Part shown: positions 1-9,091 of the stretch, piece after piece | How the letters are laid out: the number at the start of each line of letters is the position of its first letter | Numbering within the stretch: the first letter of the stretch is position 1 | Source of the DNA: a virus | Length of the DNA: 64,000 nucleotides | Virus record (IMG/VR): IMGVR_UViG_3300035670_000025 | Direction: 5' to 3' (one strand) | The notes under the pieces: generated by a model | What the model saw: only the letters and a program-made list of their open reading frames with translations | Database searches by the model: none | Told to the model about the DNA's origin: nothing | Position numbers and translations under genes: made by a program

Positions 1-35
1 ATATATCTCAACCTAAAATTTTCATTAAGAAATAT

Positions 36-482
36 TTGGATTTATTAAAGACTACAAATGTAAAAGCCCTTAATTCTATTGCATTGATTGAGTGTGCAAA
101 ATATGCACAAGAAAATGGAGGTATCATAGTTTCTGCTGATCATTTAGGTGATGTTGGATACAATAAATCAACTGGAATTATGTTAGCAGGGTTTTCGGAA
201 TGGGATTATTACACAGATATTATAGTAGATGATAACATTTTGATTCCGTTTTTTCAGTATGATTTAAGCATAGTTAATTCTATGGTAAATTTATTTGATA
301 AATCCACATCTGAGAAATTCAAATCAAATTTATATCAAACTATTTTTAGACCAAAATTTAGACAACATTTTGACAGAAAAATCAATAATGTGCTATTACG
401 CATCAATGAAAAGAAAAAGACACAACCAAAATCACAAGTTACATATACTAAAAAACAATTTTTAGAATTAATTAAAATGTAA
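36..482 (+). CDS. hypothetical protein (probably 5'-truncated by the window edge)
   Basis: 148-aa ORF with a TTG start near the window edge; no recognisable motif. Confidence 0.5.
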   Translation: MDLLKTTNVKALNSIALIECAKYAQENGGIIVSADHLGDVGYNKSTGIMLAGFSEWDYYTDIIVDDNILIPFFQYDLSIVNSMVNLFDKSTSEKFKSNLYQTIFRPKFRQHFDRKINNVLLRINEKKKTQPKSQVTYTKKQFLELIKM

Positions 483-490
483 ATAATAAA

Positions 491-1456
491 ATGTTTTTTG
501 ATAATCAAAATATATTGATAAACATTGAAAACTTGACATCTTTCAAAAACTGGGATTGGTTGACAGAACCAACTGAGTCTTTTAAAGAACTTTGTAAACA
601 AAGGGCATTGCAGATAAGACAATCATATGATTATGTCATAGTATATCATTCTGGAGGTTCAGATTCTACGACTGTATTAAATAGTTTTTTGGATAATAAT
701 ATTCATGTAGATGAAATAATAACCTGTTATTATGAAAATGTTAATTCTCCAAATGTTGATGGTAAAAAGTCTATATTTGATCTAAAGCAAAAAAATTTCA
801 AAGGCATTTATAATAGAGTAAATATAACTTTTGATTCTCTCGTAAATTATTACAAAAAAGAAAATCTATTAGAAGATGGTTCAAACATACAATTTGCACA
901 TTTTATGCCTGCTATTCAACGATATAACATTAAATACTTAGAACAGTATGGGTTCGCAAAACCTATGAATAGAAAAGAAAAAACTGCACATGTTGTTGGT
1001 GTTGGTGAACCAAAAATAGTAAGAAAAGAAAACAAATTTTATTCTAGATTAGATTTGAAAATCTGTTTTATGGCATCATCATTTCACGAAAATACATATT
1101 TTTTCACAACCAACGATTTTCCAAAATTGCATATAAAACAATCATATATGGTTGCAAAAGATATGAAAGAAAATAACAAATATGTTAGTAATATAAAAAG
1201 AATGAAAAGATTGATAAGAGATGTATACAATCCTTTAATATCACCAACACCAATTATGTTTGGTGATGTTAAAAACAAACTCAATAATATTGAACCATAT
1301 TCAGATATTCATGTTTTGCTTAATTCATACAGTAAAGAAGATGATAAATTTAAAGACTTATATATAAATTCTTCTCTAAAAGATTCTTTCAAAAGATTGA
1401 ACAATATTAACAACTATACTAGCAAATCATATATTGACTGTTTATTAAATATTTAA
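491..1456 (+). CDS. PP-loop (adenine nucleotide alpha-hydrolase-like) protein
   Basis: VIVYHSGGSDSTTVL matches the SGGxDS PP-loop motif. Confidence 0.65.
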   Translation: MFFDNQNILINIENLTSFKNWDWLTEPTESFKELCKQRALQIRQSYDYVIVYHSGGSDSTTVLNSFLDNNIHVDEIITCYYENVNSPNVDGKKSIFDLKQKNFKGIYNRVNITFDSLVNYYKKENLLEDGSNIQFAHFMPAIQRYNIKYLEQYGFAKPMNRKEKTAHVVGVGEPKIVRKENKFYSRLDLKICFMASSFHENTYFFTTNDFPKLHIKQSYMVAKDMKENNKYVSNIKRMKRLIRDVYNPLISPTPIMFGDVKNKLNNIEPYSDIHVLLNSYSKEDDKFKDLYINSSLKDSFKRLNNINNYTSKSYIDCLLNI

Positions 1457-2067
1457 TAAAACTTTGGACCCAAACACCATACTACCAAAGACCTTCTCTT
1501 CCCTTTAGTTACAGGTGTAACCCTATGACACATAAAGGATGGAAATAATAATGCTCTACCTTTCTGTGCAGGTAAAATAGCAGGTTCGTTTTGATTTCCT
1601 ACATTAAGTTGAAATTCACCACCTTCAAAATCATCATCCAACAACAAAGTCATTGACAATTTACGAATTTCAAATTGGTCAGTGGAACTGCCCATACAAG
1701 TATCCATATGCCAATCATAATTACCATTCTTTTCCGCATCATATGTAGTATACTGAAAAGAATCATAACCATTCAAATGAAATCCATAAAACATCTCATT
1801 TGCACTTTGTAAAACAAAATTTACTCTATCAAATATCCATGCCGTTTCTGGATTTCTATTATGAAAACCAACATCCGATATTCTAATCTTTTCTGTTTCT
1901 TCTTTTGTTTGTTGACCAAAAGTAGTTCCATGAGATAATTCTTTAGACTCACAATAATCAATTATCTTTTGCAATTCTTCATCAGTAAATGCATTGTCCC
2001 AATAACACCATGGTTCAAAAACAGTTGCTCTTCTTACTGGATCATTATAAATTGTAGTGTATTTCAT
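1453..2067 (-). CDS. 2OG-Fe(II) oxygenase (PKHD/prolyl-hydroxylase-like)
   Basis: WHMD (HxD), RKLSMT, FEGGEF, FPSFMCHRVTPVTKGKRRSLV (distal His and Arg). Confidence 0.9.
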   Translation of the reverse strand: MKYTTIYNDPVRRATVFEPWCYWDNAFTDEELQKIIDYCESKELSHGTTFGQQTKEETEKIRISDVGFHNRNPETAWIFDRVNFVLQSANEMFYGFHLNGYDSFQYTTYDAEKNGNYDWHMDTCMGSSTDQFEIRKLSMTLLLDDDFEGGEFQLNVGNQNEPAILPAQKGRALLFPSFMCHRVTPVTKGKRRSLVVWCLGPKFY

Positions 2068-2753
2068 TATTCAAACAATCTCCAATTTTTCACAGGTTGT
2101 AATCCTAAATGTTTTGAATTCTTTTCTTTATGAGTTAACAATATATCTCCAGCAATAGCAATTCTTCTGTTTTCAATATCTTCAACGATTTTTATATTAC
2201 ACGACAATCTTTCATCATGTCCTATTGTGTCATGATTTAATGATGCTGGAAATACCATTAGTTGTCCATCTATCGGTTTGAATTGCCATGTATATGAATT
2301 GAAATGATCCCACATATTATTTTGATTATTCATTTTACAAAACAATGAAAAAGGTTCGTGTCTGTTTTCATAATTATAAAATCTTATTGAATTTTGAACA
2401 GTATCTGGCACATGTACATAATATACGAATGAAATGTGTGCATCTGCATGATTATGATTTGGGTTTGATTGTCCTCCTAATATGTTCAACCAAGATTTGA
2501 CAACATTTATATCAAATAAATCTGGATTTACATTATATGTTCTAATAAATTGTTTGACACAAGAAACGGCAAACTCATAAATTTCTTTGTATCTTTCATC
2601 ATGATGTATTGTTACATGACATGTTTGTTCACTTGATTCACCATTTTCATTTAAGTGATCAAACACACTTTCAAAAAATACTTTTTTAAATCTCAAAGGA
2701 TATTCATAGTGAAATTCACTTACCAATGTTGGAAATAAAGCATAATTTATCAT
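2067..2753 (-). CDS. putative 2OG-Fe(II) oxygenase (TIGR02466-like)
   Basis: SWLN..HNHADAHISFVYYV, LMVFPASLNH, RIAIAGD. Confidence 0.8.
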   Translation of the reverse strand: MINYALFPTLVSEFHYEYPLRFKKVFFESVFDHLNENGESSEQTCHVTIHHDERYKEIYEFAVSCVKQFIRTYNVNPDLFDINVVKSWLNILGGQSNPNHNHADAHISFVYYVHVPDTVQNSIRFYNYENRHEPFSLFCKMNNQNNMWDHFNSYTWQFKPIDGQLMVFPASLNHDTIGHDERLSCNIKIVEDIENRRIAIAGDILLTHKEKNSKHLGLQPVKNWRLFE

Positions 2754-3580
2754 TCTTTTATCCTATTTTTTTTAACCCATTCGCCAAAAATTACTGATTG
2801 ACTTTCAAGTGAATTAATACATTTTTTATATGGAACATATCGTGTTTTCTGTAATTCTGATACAATAACATCTTCTCTAAAAACATCTTCAATTTTATTG
2901 AATATATCTCTCTGCTCTGTTGTTACTTTAGGATCATAATATAATTGGGTTAACCATTTATACCCTCTTTCTTCTTTAATATCATTAGGAAAAGTGCAAT
3001 TTATAGATAAACAACCTTTTGTCCACTCTACAAATATAAACGGAAAAATATAAACCCACCACCCATTAGGATGTTCTTGATATATCCAACCATCACCATT
3101 TTCTAATTTTACAGAGTATGGATCAATTTGAGATGCTAACCATGGATGAACTCCATTCTCTATTATATGTAATAAATCTGCCTCAATTTCCATCAACCAC
3201 AACCAATTTCCAGTACTTTCACCAGTATAACTATGACTATATTCTAAATTTGTTTCATTGGCAACATCATCAACCCACTTATGATTAGGTTCTACAAAAT
3301 TTTTAAAAACAATTCCAGACTTGCCATTATTAGAACTTTGACAGTTTAACTTATACGGATTGTTTTGTGGACTGCCATCAGAATTAAAACCAAATCCATG
3401 CAATTTACATTTGATTTCACTATTTCCTATTTCACCAATAGGATAAAATCTATGAGGACACAATCGATTGAATAATTTGATTTCATCGTCAACTTTTGAC
3501 ATAATATATTCTTGACCTACGAACGGTCCTTTTTTTAGTGCTGATATATGTCCAATCACTTTTGGTGGATTTCTAAACAT
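2750..3580 (-). CDS. Rieske non-heme iron oxygenase alpha-subunit-like protein
   Basis: Rieske ligands CPHR...CKLHG; mononuclear Fe motif E..D..H.....H (EIEADLLHIIENGVH) and a late Asp (REDV). Start moved to ATG 3580 (GGAG upstream) because the longer ORF overlaps gp13. Confidence 0.8.
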   Translation of the reverse strand: MFRNPPKVIGHISALKKGPFVGQEYIMSKVDDEIKLFNRLCPHRFYPIGEIGNSEIKCKLHGFGFNSDGSPQNNPYKLNCQSSNNGKSGIVFKNFVEPNHKWVDDVANETNLEYSHSYTGESTGNWLWLMEIEADLLHIIENGVHPWLASQIDPYSVKLENGDGWIYQEHPNGWWVYIFPFIFVEWTKGCLSINCTFPNDIKEERGYKWLTQLYYDPKVTTEQRDIFNKIEDVFREDVIVSELQKTRYVPYKKCINSLESQSVIFGEWVKKNRIKE

Positions 3581-3594
3581 AAAATATGCTCCAT

Positions 3595-3602
3595 GATAAA
3601 TA
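3595..3602 (+). promoter_or_regulatory. T4-type late promoter (GATAAATA) for gp13
   Basis: One mismatch to TATAAATA, 40 nt upstream of gp13. Confidence 0.55.
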
Positions 3603-3620
3603 GTAATTATAGCACAATCA

Positions 3621-3628
3621 TATTTATA
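3621..3628 (-). promoter_or_regulatory. T4-type late promoter (TATAAATA) for the oxygenase operon
   Basis: tatttata on + is TATAAATA on -, 40 nt upstream of the Rieske ATG. Confidence 0.65.
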
Positions 3629-3642
3629 TGTAAAGGAAGTCC

Positions 3643-4383
3643 ATGGCATTTCCAAATTCAAGAGCAACTTTTAAAGAAAATTGCCTCCGTAGATTAGGAG
3701 CACCAGTAATCGAAATCAACGTTTCAGATGAACAAGTTGATGATAGAGTTGATGAAGCATTAACTTATTATTGGGATTACCATTTTGATGGTACAGAAAA
3801 ACAATACTACAAACACCAAATAACAGCACAAAACAAAACTGATGGGTATATAGAATTACCAGAAAATATCATCGGTGCAGTAAACCTTTTCACTATTGGT
3901 GAAGGATTGAATACCAACAATTTATTTAATATTAGATATCAAATTGCATTAAATGATCTTTATACATTAACAAATGTATCTCTGGTTCCATATTATATGG
4001 CAATGCAACACATTTCTATGCTAGAAGAAATTCTCGTTGGAAGACAACCTATTAGATACAATAGACATAGAAACAGATTACATATAGATGTTGATTGGAG
4101 CAAAGTTAATACTGGAGAATATATTATTGTTGAAGCATATCAAATTGTTGATCCAGATACATTTACTGATGTATGGAAAGATCGTTGGTTGTTACAATAT
4201 TGCACTGCTTTGATTAAACGTCAGTGGGGAAATAATTTAAAGAAGTTTACTGGTATGGTTATGCCAGGAGGCATTCAATTTAATGGTCAGCAGATATATG
4301 ATGAAGCAATTGAGGAAATAAGATTGTTAGAACAAGATATGATTATATCGTATTCATTACCTATCAGTGATCTTGTAGGATAA
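3643..4383 (+). CDS. gp13: neck protein gp13
   Basis: LRRLGAPVIEINV..QVDDRVDEAL, KRQWGNNLKKF..MPGG; synteny. Confidence 0.95.
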   Translation: MAFPNSRATFKENCLRRLGAPVIEINVSDEQVDDRVDEALTYYWDYHFDGTEKQYYKHQITAQNKTDGYIELPENIIGAVNLFTIGEGLNTNNLFNIRYQIALNDLYTLTNVSLVPYYMAMQHISMLEEILVGRQPIRYNRHRNRLHIDVDWSKVNTGEYIIVEAYQIVDPDTFTDVWKDRWLLQYCTALIKRQWGNNLKKFTGMVMPGGIQFNGQQIYDEAIEEIRLLEQDMIISYSLPISDLVG

Positions 4384-4396
4384 TTAAGGAGATTTT

Positions 4397-4702
4397 ATGT
4401 TAACATTTAGTCAATTCTTATCTGAAGCAAAAATAGATAAAAGCAAAATGGCATGTAATAAACCAAGAGCACAAGCAGTCGGTGATTCTCAAACTGGTAA
4501 GTCTCATGTGGTAAAAGCATGTTCTGGTGGTAAAGAAAAGATTATTCGTTTTGGACAACGAGGAGTGAAAGGTTCTCCTAAGAAAAAAGGAGAATCAGAA
4601 GCATATGCGAATAGAAGAAAGAGATTCAAAGCAAGACATGCCAAAAATATAGCAAAAGGTAAAATGTCTGCTGCCTATTGGGCAAATAAGGTTAAATGGT
4701 AA
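4397..4702 (+). CDS. basic putative internal head protein with capsid-targeting-like N-terminus
   Basis: MLTFSQFLSE N-terminus; IRFG...RRKRFKARH...SAAYWA. Confidence 0.65.
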   Translation: MLTFSQFLSEAKIDKSKMACNKPRAQAVGDSQTGKSHVVKACSGGKEKIIRFGQRGVKGSPKKKGESEAYANRRKRFKARHAKNIAKGKMSAAYWANKVKW

Positions 4703-5208
4703 TGCTAACATTCAAACAATTCTTTAATATAAATGAAGAATATTTGACAGAATTAAAAAGACCAAAAAGATTTTTTCATATAGGCCCTGATGATTTACAA
4801 CCTGGAGAGGATTTGAAATCACTTTCATCTCTTGTTGGACATGAAGAAGCAAAAAAAATATTTAAGAAAAAATGGGGAGACACTTTTTCAAATGATGAAG
4901 ACTTAAACAAAGCTGCGGATGAACAAACAAAACATGTTCATATAAGTGATCATTGGGATGATACTGATCCAACAAATGAAAAAAGTGGTTCTTGGAAAAT
5001 TAGTTCTGCAAATAAGAAAGCTGGTATACAAAAAAAATTAGCATTATATAGAATTATTCCTGGTAGAAATATGCCAAATCCTATTGAAAAAGGCGGTAAC
5101 TACGGTGGTTATAAAGTAAAAGACAAAATACCAGCAAGATACATTCGTGACAAATGGGATCACAAAAATAAAAAATGGATTCCATTCAATAGACAATATT
5201 CTGAATAA
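4702..5208 (+). CDS. putative internal head protein, ADP-ribosyltransferase (Arr-like) fold
   Basis: MLTFKQFFNINEE N-terminus; FFHIGPDDLQPGEDL / KHVHIS / LYRIIP resemble Arr strands. Confidence 0.45.
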   Translation: MLTFKQFFNINEEYLTELKRPKRFFHIGPDDLQPGEDLKSLSSLVGHEEAKKIFKKKWGDTFSNDEDLNKAADEQTKHVHISDHWDDTDPTNEKSGSWKISSANKKAGIQKKLALYRIIPGRNMPNPIEKGGNYGGYKVKDKIPARYIRDKWDHKNKKWIPFNRQYSE

Positions 5209-5235
5209 CAAACATTTTTACAGGGCAACCAATTT

Positions 5236-5784
5236 ATGCTAACATTCAAACAATTCCTTGCTGAAATGCAAGCAAGCAACGATAATCCAGAAGACATACA
5301 CATCAAAAAAGCACATAATGATTCTATTCATGCTTATCTGAATCCAAAAACCTCAGCAAGTGAAAAAAAATTTCATCTAACAAAGATTAATGCTCTAAGA
5401 CATAATCTTGGGCATACACCATTGAATAATAAAATGTCTGCGCAAGAAATAAGAGGTTCGTTGCTAGAATCAAAATCATTGAGAGCAATGATAGCAGCAA
5501 CAATGCTTGCCGCATCTCCAGCACAAGCAGGTGGAATGGCACATGAATTGCCAGTTTATTCTCATGGAGAGATTAATAAACCAAACTTAAATCCAGAGTT
5601 GATTGCTAAATCAAAAGCAGCATTGGAAAAAGCACAAGATGAATACGACGAATCTATGCCAGGGGAACATCTCTCCAATGCTATTGATTCTCACAACAAT
5701 GGTGATATTAATGCGGCATTTGAACATCTTAAACAACATAATAAAAAGATGATAAATACTAAACAATCATCACCTATGTCATAA
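5236..5784 (+). CDS. putative internal head protein
   Basis: MLTFKQFLAE N-terminus; internal LLE site. Confidence 0.6.
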   Translation: MLTFKQFLAEMQASNDNPEDIHIKKAHNDSIHAYLNPKTSASEKKFHLTKINALRHNLGHTPLNNKMSAQEIRGSLLESKSLRAMIAATMLAASPAQAGGMAHELPVYSHGEINKPNLNPELIAKSKAALEKAQDEYDESMPGEHLSNAIDSHNNGDINAAFEHLKQHNKKMINTKQSSPMS

Positions 5785-5795
5785 GGTATTAGAAT

Positions 5796-6542
5796 ATGCC
5801 CACGTCAACTTTTTTCAACAATTTTGGAAACTCTATGGAGCAAGAACTCCTAGAAGATCTTGTTGTAGAGAGCATTCGTCTGTATGGGCAAGATATGTAT
5901 TACCTTCCCAGAAGAAGAAATAACTTTGATGGGGTTTATTATGAAGATGATATTTCTTCATTTGATACATTTTATACAATAGAAGTATATACAAAATCAA
6001 CTGAAGGTTTTGGTGGTCAAGGTTCATTCTTTTCCAAATTTGGATTAGAAATCAGAGATCAAGTTATATTATCAATTGCTAGAAGAACTTTTGAAATAGA
6101 AATAACTAGAGAAGAAGCAGAATTATTAAGACCTAGAGAAGGAGATTTAATATATTTTCCTCTCAATAAAAAATGCTTTGAAATCAAGTATGTAGATAAT
6201 AAACCTTTCTTCTATCAACTTGGTGAATTGCAAATGTATGATTTAACATGTGAACTATACGAATATTCTAATGAAGTATTAGAAACTGGCATAGAAGATA
6301 TTGATAAATTGCAAAAGAATTTTTCAGTCAATGCAATTGATTTTGGATTACTTGCAGCAAACGGTAAGGTGCTTAAAACCAATAACGGAGATTATCTTGT
6401 TACATCTAAATTCCAAGATAACATTGAGCAATTTGATCCGTTAGCAGATAATAAACGAATTGGTGATGAAATAACAGATGATAGTGTAATAGATTGGACA
6501 GAAACCAATCCTTTTGGCAATTCTCCAGATGGAAAGTATTAA
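5796..6542 (+). CDS. gp14: neck protein gp14
   Basis: EQELLEDLVVESIRLYG..YYLPR, FSKFGLEIRD, RPREGDLIYFP, ETNPFG. Confidence 0.95.
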   Translation: MPTSTFFNNFGNSMEQELLEDLVVESIRLYGQDMYYLPRRRNNFDGVYYEDDISSFDTFYTIEVYTKSTEGFGGQGSFFSKFGLEIRDQVILSIARRTFEIEITREEAELLRPREGDLIYFPLNKKCFEIKYVDNKPFFYQLGELQMYDLTCELYEYSNEVLETGIEDIDKLQKNFSVNAIDFGLLAANGKVLKTNNGDYLVTSKFQDNIEQFDPLADNKRIGDEITDDSVIDWTETNPFGNSPDGKY

Positions 6543-6550
6543 ACCCAAAC

Positions 6551-6585
6551 CAATTATAAATACTATTGTATTTAAATTGCAGGAG
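6551..6585 (+). promoter_or_regulatory. late promoter (TATAAATA 6555-6562) inside a hairpin upstream of the endonuclease RBS
   Basis: taaatac-tatt-gtattta stem extended by caatt/aattg; AGGAG at 6581. Confidence 0.65.
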
Positions 6586-6593
6586 AATTATTA

Positions 6594-7235
6594 ATGAAAC
6601 CTTATACATATTATCTATATCATCACCCCACCGGACTAAAATATTATGGAGTAAGATATGCTAAGAATTGTGACCCTAAAGATTTATGGGATAAATATTT
6701 CACTTCTTGTAAAAAAGTAAAAGAGTTAATTAATGAATATGGCATAAATTCATTTGAAGTTGAAATTAGAAAAATTTTTGAAAACAAAATTGATGCTATA
6801 AACTGGGAAAATAAAGTGTTGAGAAGATTGAAAGTAAAAAGGAAAAAAGAATGGATAAACATAAGTGAAGGAAAAATGCCTTTTGATAATATCACTTATG
6901 GAATGCTCGGCAAACATCACTCCGAAGATAGTAAGAAAAAAATAGCATTAGCACAACTTGGTTCTAAAAACCATATGTTTAACAAAACACACTCCGCAGA
7001 AGCAAGAAAAAAAATAAGTGAAGGAAATAAAGGGAAAAAACATTCTGAAGAAACAAAAACTACAATAAGTAAAAAAATGAAAGGCAGAGATGTCGGGTTT
7101 GGCAAAGGACACAAACATACTCCAGAAACAATAGAAAAAATAAAAATGGCAAGAGCAAAACAAATATTTTCCGAAGAACACAAGAAAAAAATGTCAGAAT
7201 CTGCCAAAAATAGAAAAAAGAGTACGAGGTATTAA
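6594..7235 (+). CDS. GIY-YIG (Seg-like) homing endonuclease with NUMOD3 repeats
   Basis: YTYYL..TGLKYYGVR..YFTS; repeated HSEExKKKIS motifs; inserted between gp14 and gp15. Confidence 0.85.
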   Translation: MKPYTYYLYHHPTGLKYYGVRYAKNCDPKDLWDKYFTSCKKVKELINEYGINSFEVEIRKIFENKIDAINWENKVLRRLKVKRKKEWINISEGKMPFDNITYGMLGKHHSEDSKKKIALAQLGSKNHMFNKTHSAEARKKISEGNKGKKHSEETKTTISKKMKGRDVGFGKGHKHTPETIEKIKMARAKQIFSEEHKKKMSESAKNRKKSTRY

Positions 7236-7237
7236 TA

Positions 7238-8086
7238 ATGTTTGGACACGGAGTATTTTATTTTTCAACTATTCGTAAAATGGTTATTTATTTTGGTAAT
7301 ATTTTTAATGATGTAAGAATAACAAGATCTAATGCTGATGGAAATACAGTTGCAGTATTAAAAATACCTTTGTCTTATGCACCAAAGGATAAAATGCTTG
7401 CACGAGTGGATGCCGATCCAGAAATCACAAGACAAACAGCAATATTTTTACCAAGAATGTCATTTGAGATGACCGGTCTAGGTTATGATGGTTCTAGAAA
7501 ACTTAATACTATATCAAGACAAGTAGTTAAAGATGCATCAAATGCAAATAAATTAAAATCACAATATAATCCAGTTCCATACAATTTTGATTTTAATTTA
7601 TATGTATACGTTAAAAATGCTGAAGACGGAACAAAGATCATTGAACAGATTATTCCATTCTTCACTCCAGATTGGACAGCAACAGTAAACCTAATTCCTG
7701 AAATGAATATTGCTATGGATATTCCAATCATTCTTAATAACATCAGTATGGAAGATACATATGCAGGAAATTTTGAAGAAAGACGAGCAATCATATGGAC
7801 TTTGAATTTTACGGTTAAAGGATGGATGTATGGTCCAGTTGTAAGCAAACCAATTATCAAGATTGCTAATACTCAATTCTTTGTTCCTTCTGGAGGATCA
7901 CAAGCAAATGTTGCTGCATCTGTTGGAGAAACAGATGTTATAGGTAGAGTAACAGTAAACCCTGGATTGGATGCTAATGGCAATCCAACATCAGATGCAA
8001 ATGTTTCTATAGACTATTCATTGATTGAAGTAGATGATGATTTTGGGTATATTATAACATCGGAAGGAATTATTTTGAATGAGTGA
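7238..8086 (+). CDS. gp15: tail sheath stabilizer/terminator gp15
   Basis: FYFSTIRKMVIYFGNIFND, IPLSYAPKDK, LPRMSFE, QIIPFFTP. Confidence 0.95.
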   Translation: MFGHGVFYFSTIRKMVIYFGNIFNDVRITRSNADGNTVAVLKIPLSYAPKDKMLARVDADPEITRQTAIFLPRMSFEMTGLGYDGSRKLNTISRQVVKDASNANKLKSQYNPVPYNFDFNLYVYVKNAEDGTKIIEQIIPFFTPDWTATVNLIPEMNIAMDIPIILNNISMEDTYAGNFEERRAIIWTLNFTVKGWMYGPVVSKPIIKIANTQFFVPSGGSQANVAASVGETDVIGRVTVNPGLDANGNPTSDANVSIDYSLIEVDDDFGYIITSEGIILNE

Positions 8087-8459
8087 TGATACTATTGCCA
8101 CTGCATTAGATTTAACTCCTTTAGAACCAACAAGAAAAGATTTGGTTGCAGTTAAAACTAATAGTGATTATGAAACGGCAAAAGGGAATATGCACAATGT
8201 TATTGATGTTGGGACAAGAGCAATGTCTGATTTAGCAGACATGGCACAGCAATCTCAAGACCCAAGAGTGTACAGAGTTTTGACAGAATTAATTTCTGCA
8301 ATGACCACTGCAAATAAAGAACTTATGGAAATCAAATCCAAAGAAGTTGATATTAGACACAAAGAAGAAAAGGCAAACGATTCACCAAAAACTGTTAATC
8401 AAAATTTATTTGTTGGATCAACTGCTGATTTATTAACATTATTACAAAAGAAAGAATAA
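8079..8459 (+). CDS. gp16: terminase small subunit gp16
   Basis: DYETAKGN..PRVYRV..NQNLFVGSTADL; position. Confidence 0.9.
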   Translation: MSDDTIATALDLTPLEPTRKDLVAVKTNSDYETAKGNMHNVIDVGTRAMSDLADMAQQSQDPRVYRVLTELISAMTTANKELMEIKSKEVDIRHKEEKANDSPKTVNQNLFVGSTADLLTLLQKKE

Positions 8460-9091
8460 TGAAAACTTTTAAACAATTTCTTAAAGAAGACTCGGGGTAT
8501 CTACCCCCAACATCTATGCAACCTCCTGCAATAGTAACTCCAAGACGTGGAATTGATCATATTGGTAATTTGATTAAAAAATATGTTGCGCCACCAAAAG
8601 ATGAAATAGGAGATTTAATTAGAAGACTAGACAATCCTATAGATCATAAAAAAGAATCAGAAGATTTTATTGAAAGAACTTTCAAGTTGGAAGGGGGATT
8701 ATCAAAAGATAAATCTGATCCTGGAGGAACAACAAAGTTTGGAGTGAGTGAAAAAGGAACAGGACTTTCAAAAAATGAAATAAAAAATCTCTCACACGAA
8801 AAAGCAGGAGAAATATATAAAACACAATATTATAATGAAATGATAAAACATCCAAAATATCATACACTGAGCAAACCATCAAGAGCAATTGTATTGGATG
8901 CATCTGTACATCATGGTCCAAGATTTGCAAAAAAATTAATTGATACCGTAGGAGATAATCCACACGAACTTTTAAACGCAAGACAAAAGGATTATAATAG
9001 ATTAACCGCAAACCCAAAATATGAAAAATATCGTGAAGGGTGGAAAGCAAGATTAAATAAAATAAAAGATGAGTTTGGATTACATAATTAA
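8459..9091 (+). CDS. glycoside hydrolase family 108 lysozyme with capsid-targeting-like N-terminus
   Basis: EGG...DPGGTTKFGV, YKTQYY, LDASVHHGP, GWKARL; N-terminus MKTFKQFLKE. Confidence 0.8.
   Translation: MKTFKQFLKEDSGYLPPTSMQPPAIVTPRRGIDHIGNLIKKYVAPPKDEIGDLIRRLDNPIDHKKESEDFIERTFKLEGGLSKDKSDPGGTTKFGVSEKGTGLSKNEIKNLSHEKAGEIYKTQYYNEMIKHPKYHTLSKPSRAIVLDASVHHGPRFAKKLIDTVGDNPHELLNARQKDYNRLTANPKYEKYREGWKARLNKIKDEFGLHN

Noticed and set aside
3581-3667. N-terminal extension of the Rieske ORF (and the similar listed long starts at 20522, 35598, 37051, 46822, 59089, 59634)
   Set aside because: These overlap promoters, terminators or neighbouring genes; downstream ATGs fit SD or coupling signals better
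6534-7235. Junction repeat (a.gtattaa) around the GIY-YIG gene between gp14 and gp15
   Set aside because: Only 8/9 nt in AT-rich DNA; not distinguishable from chance
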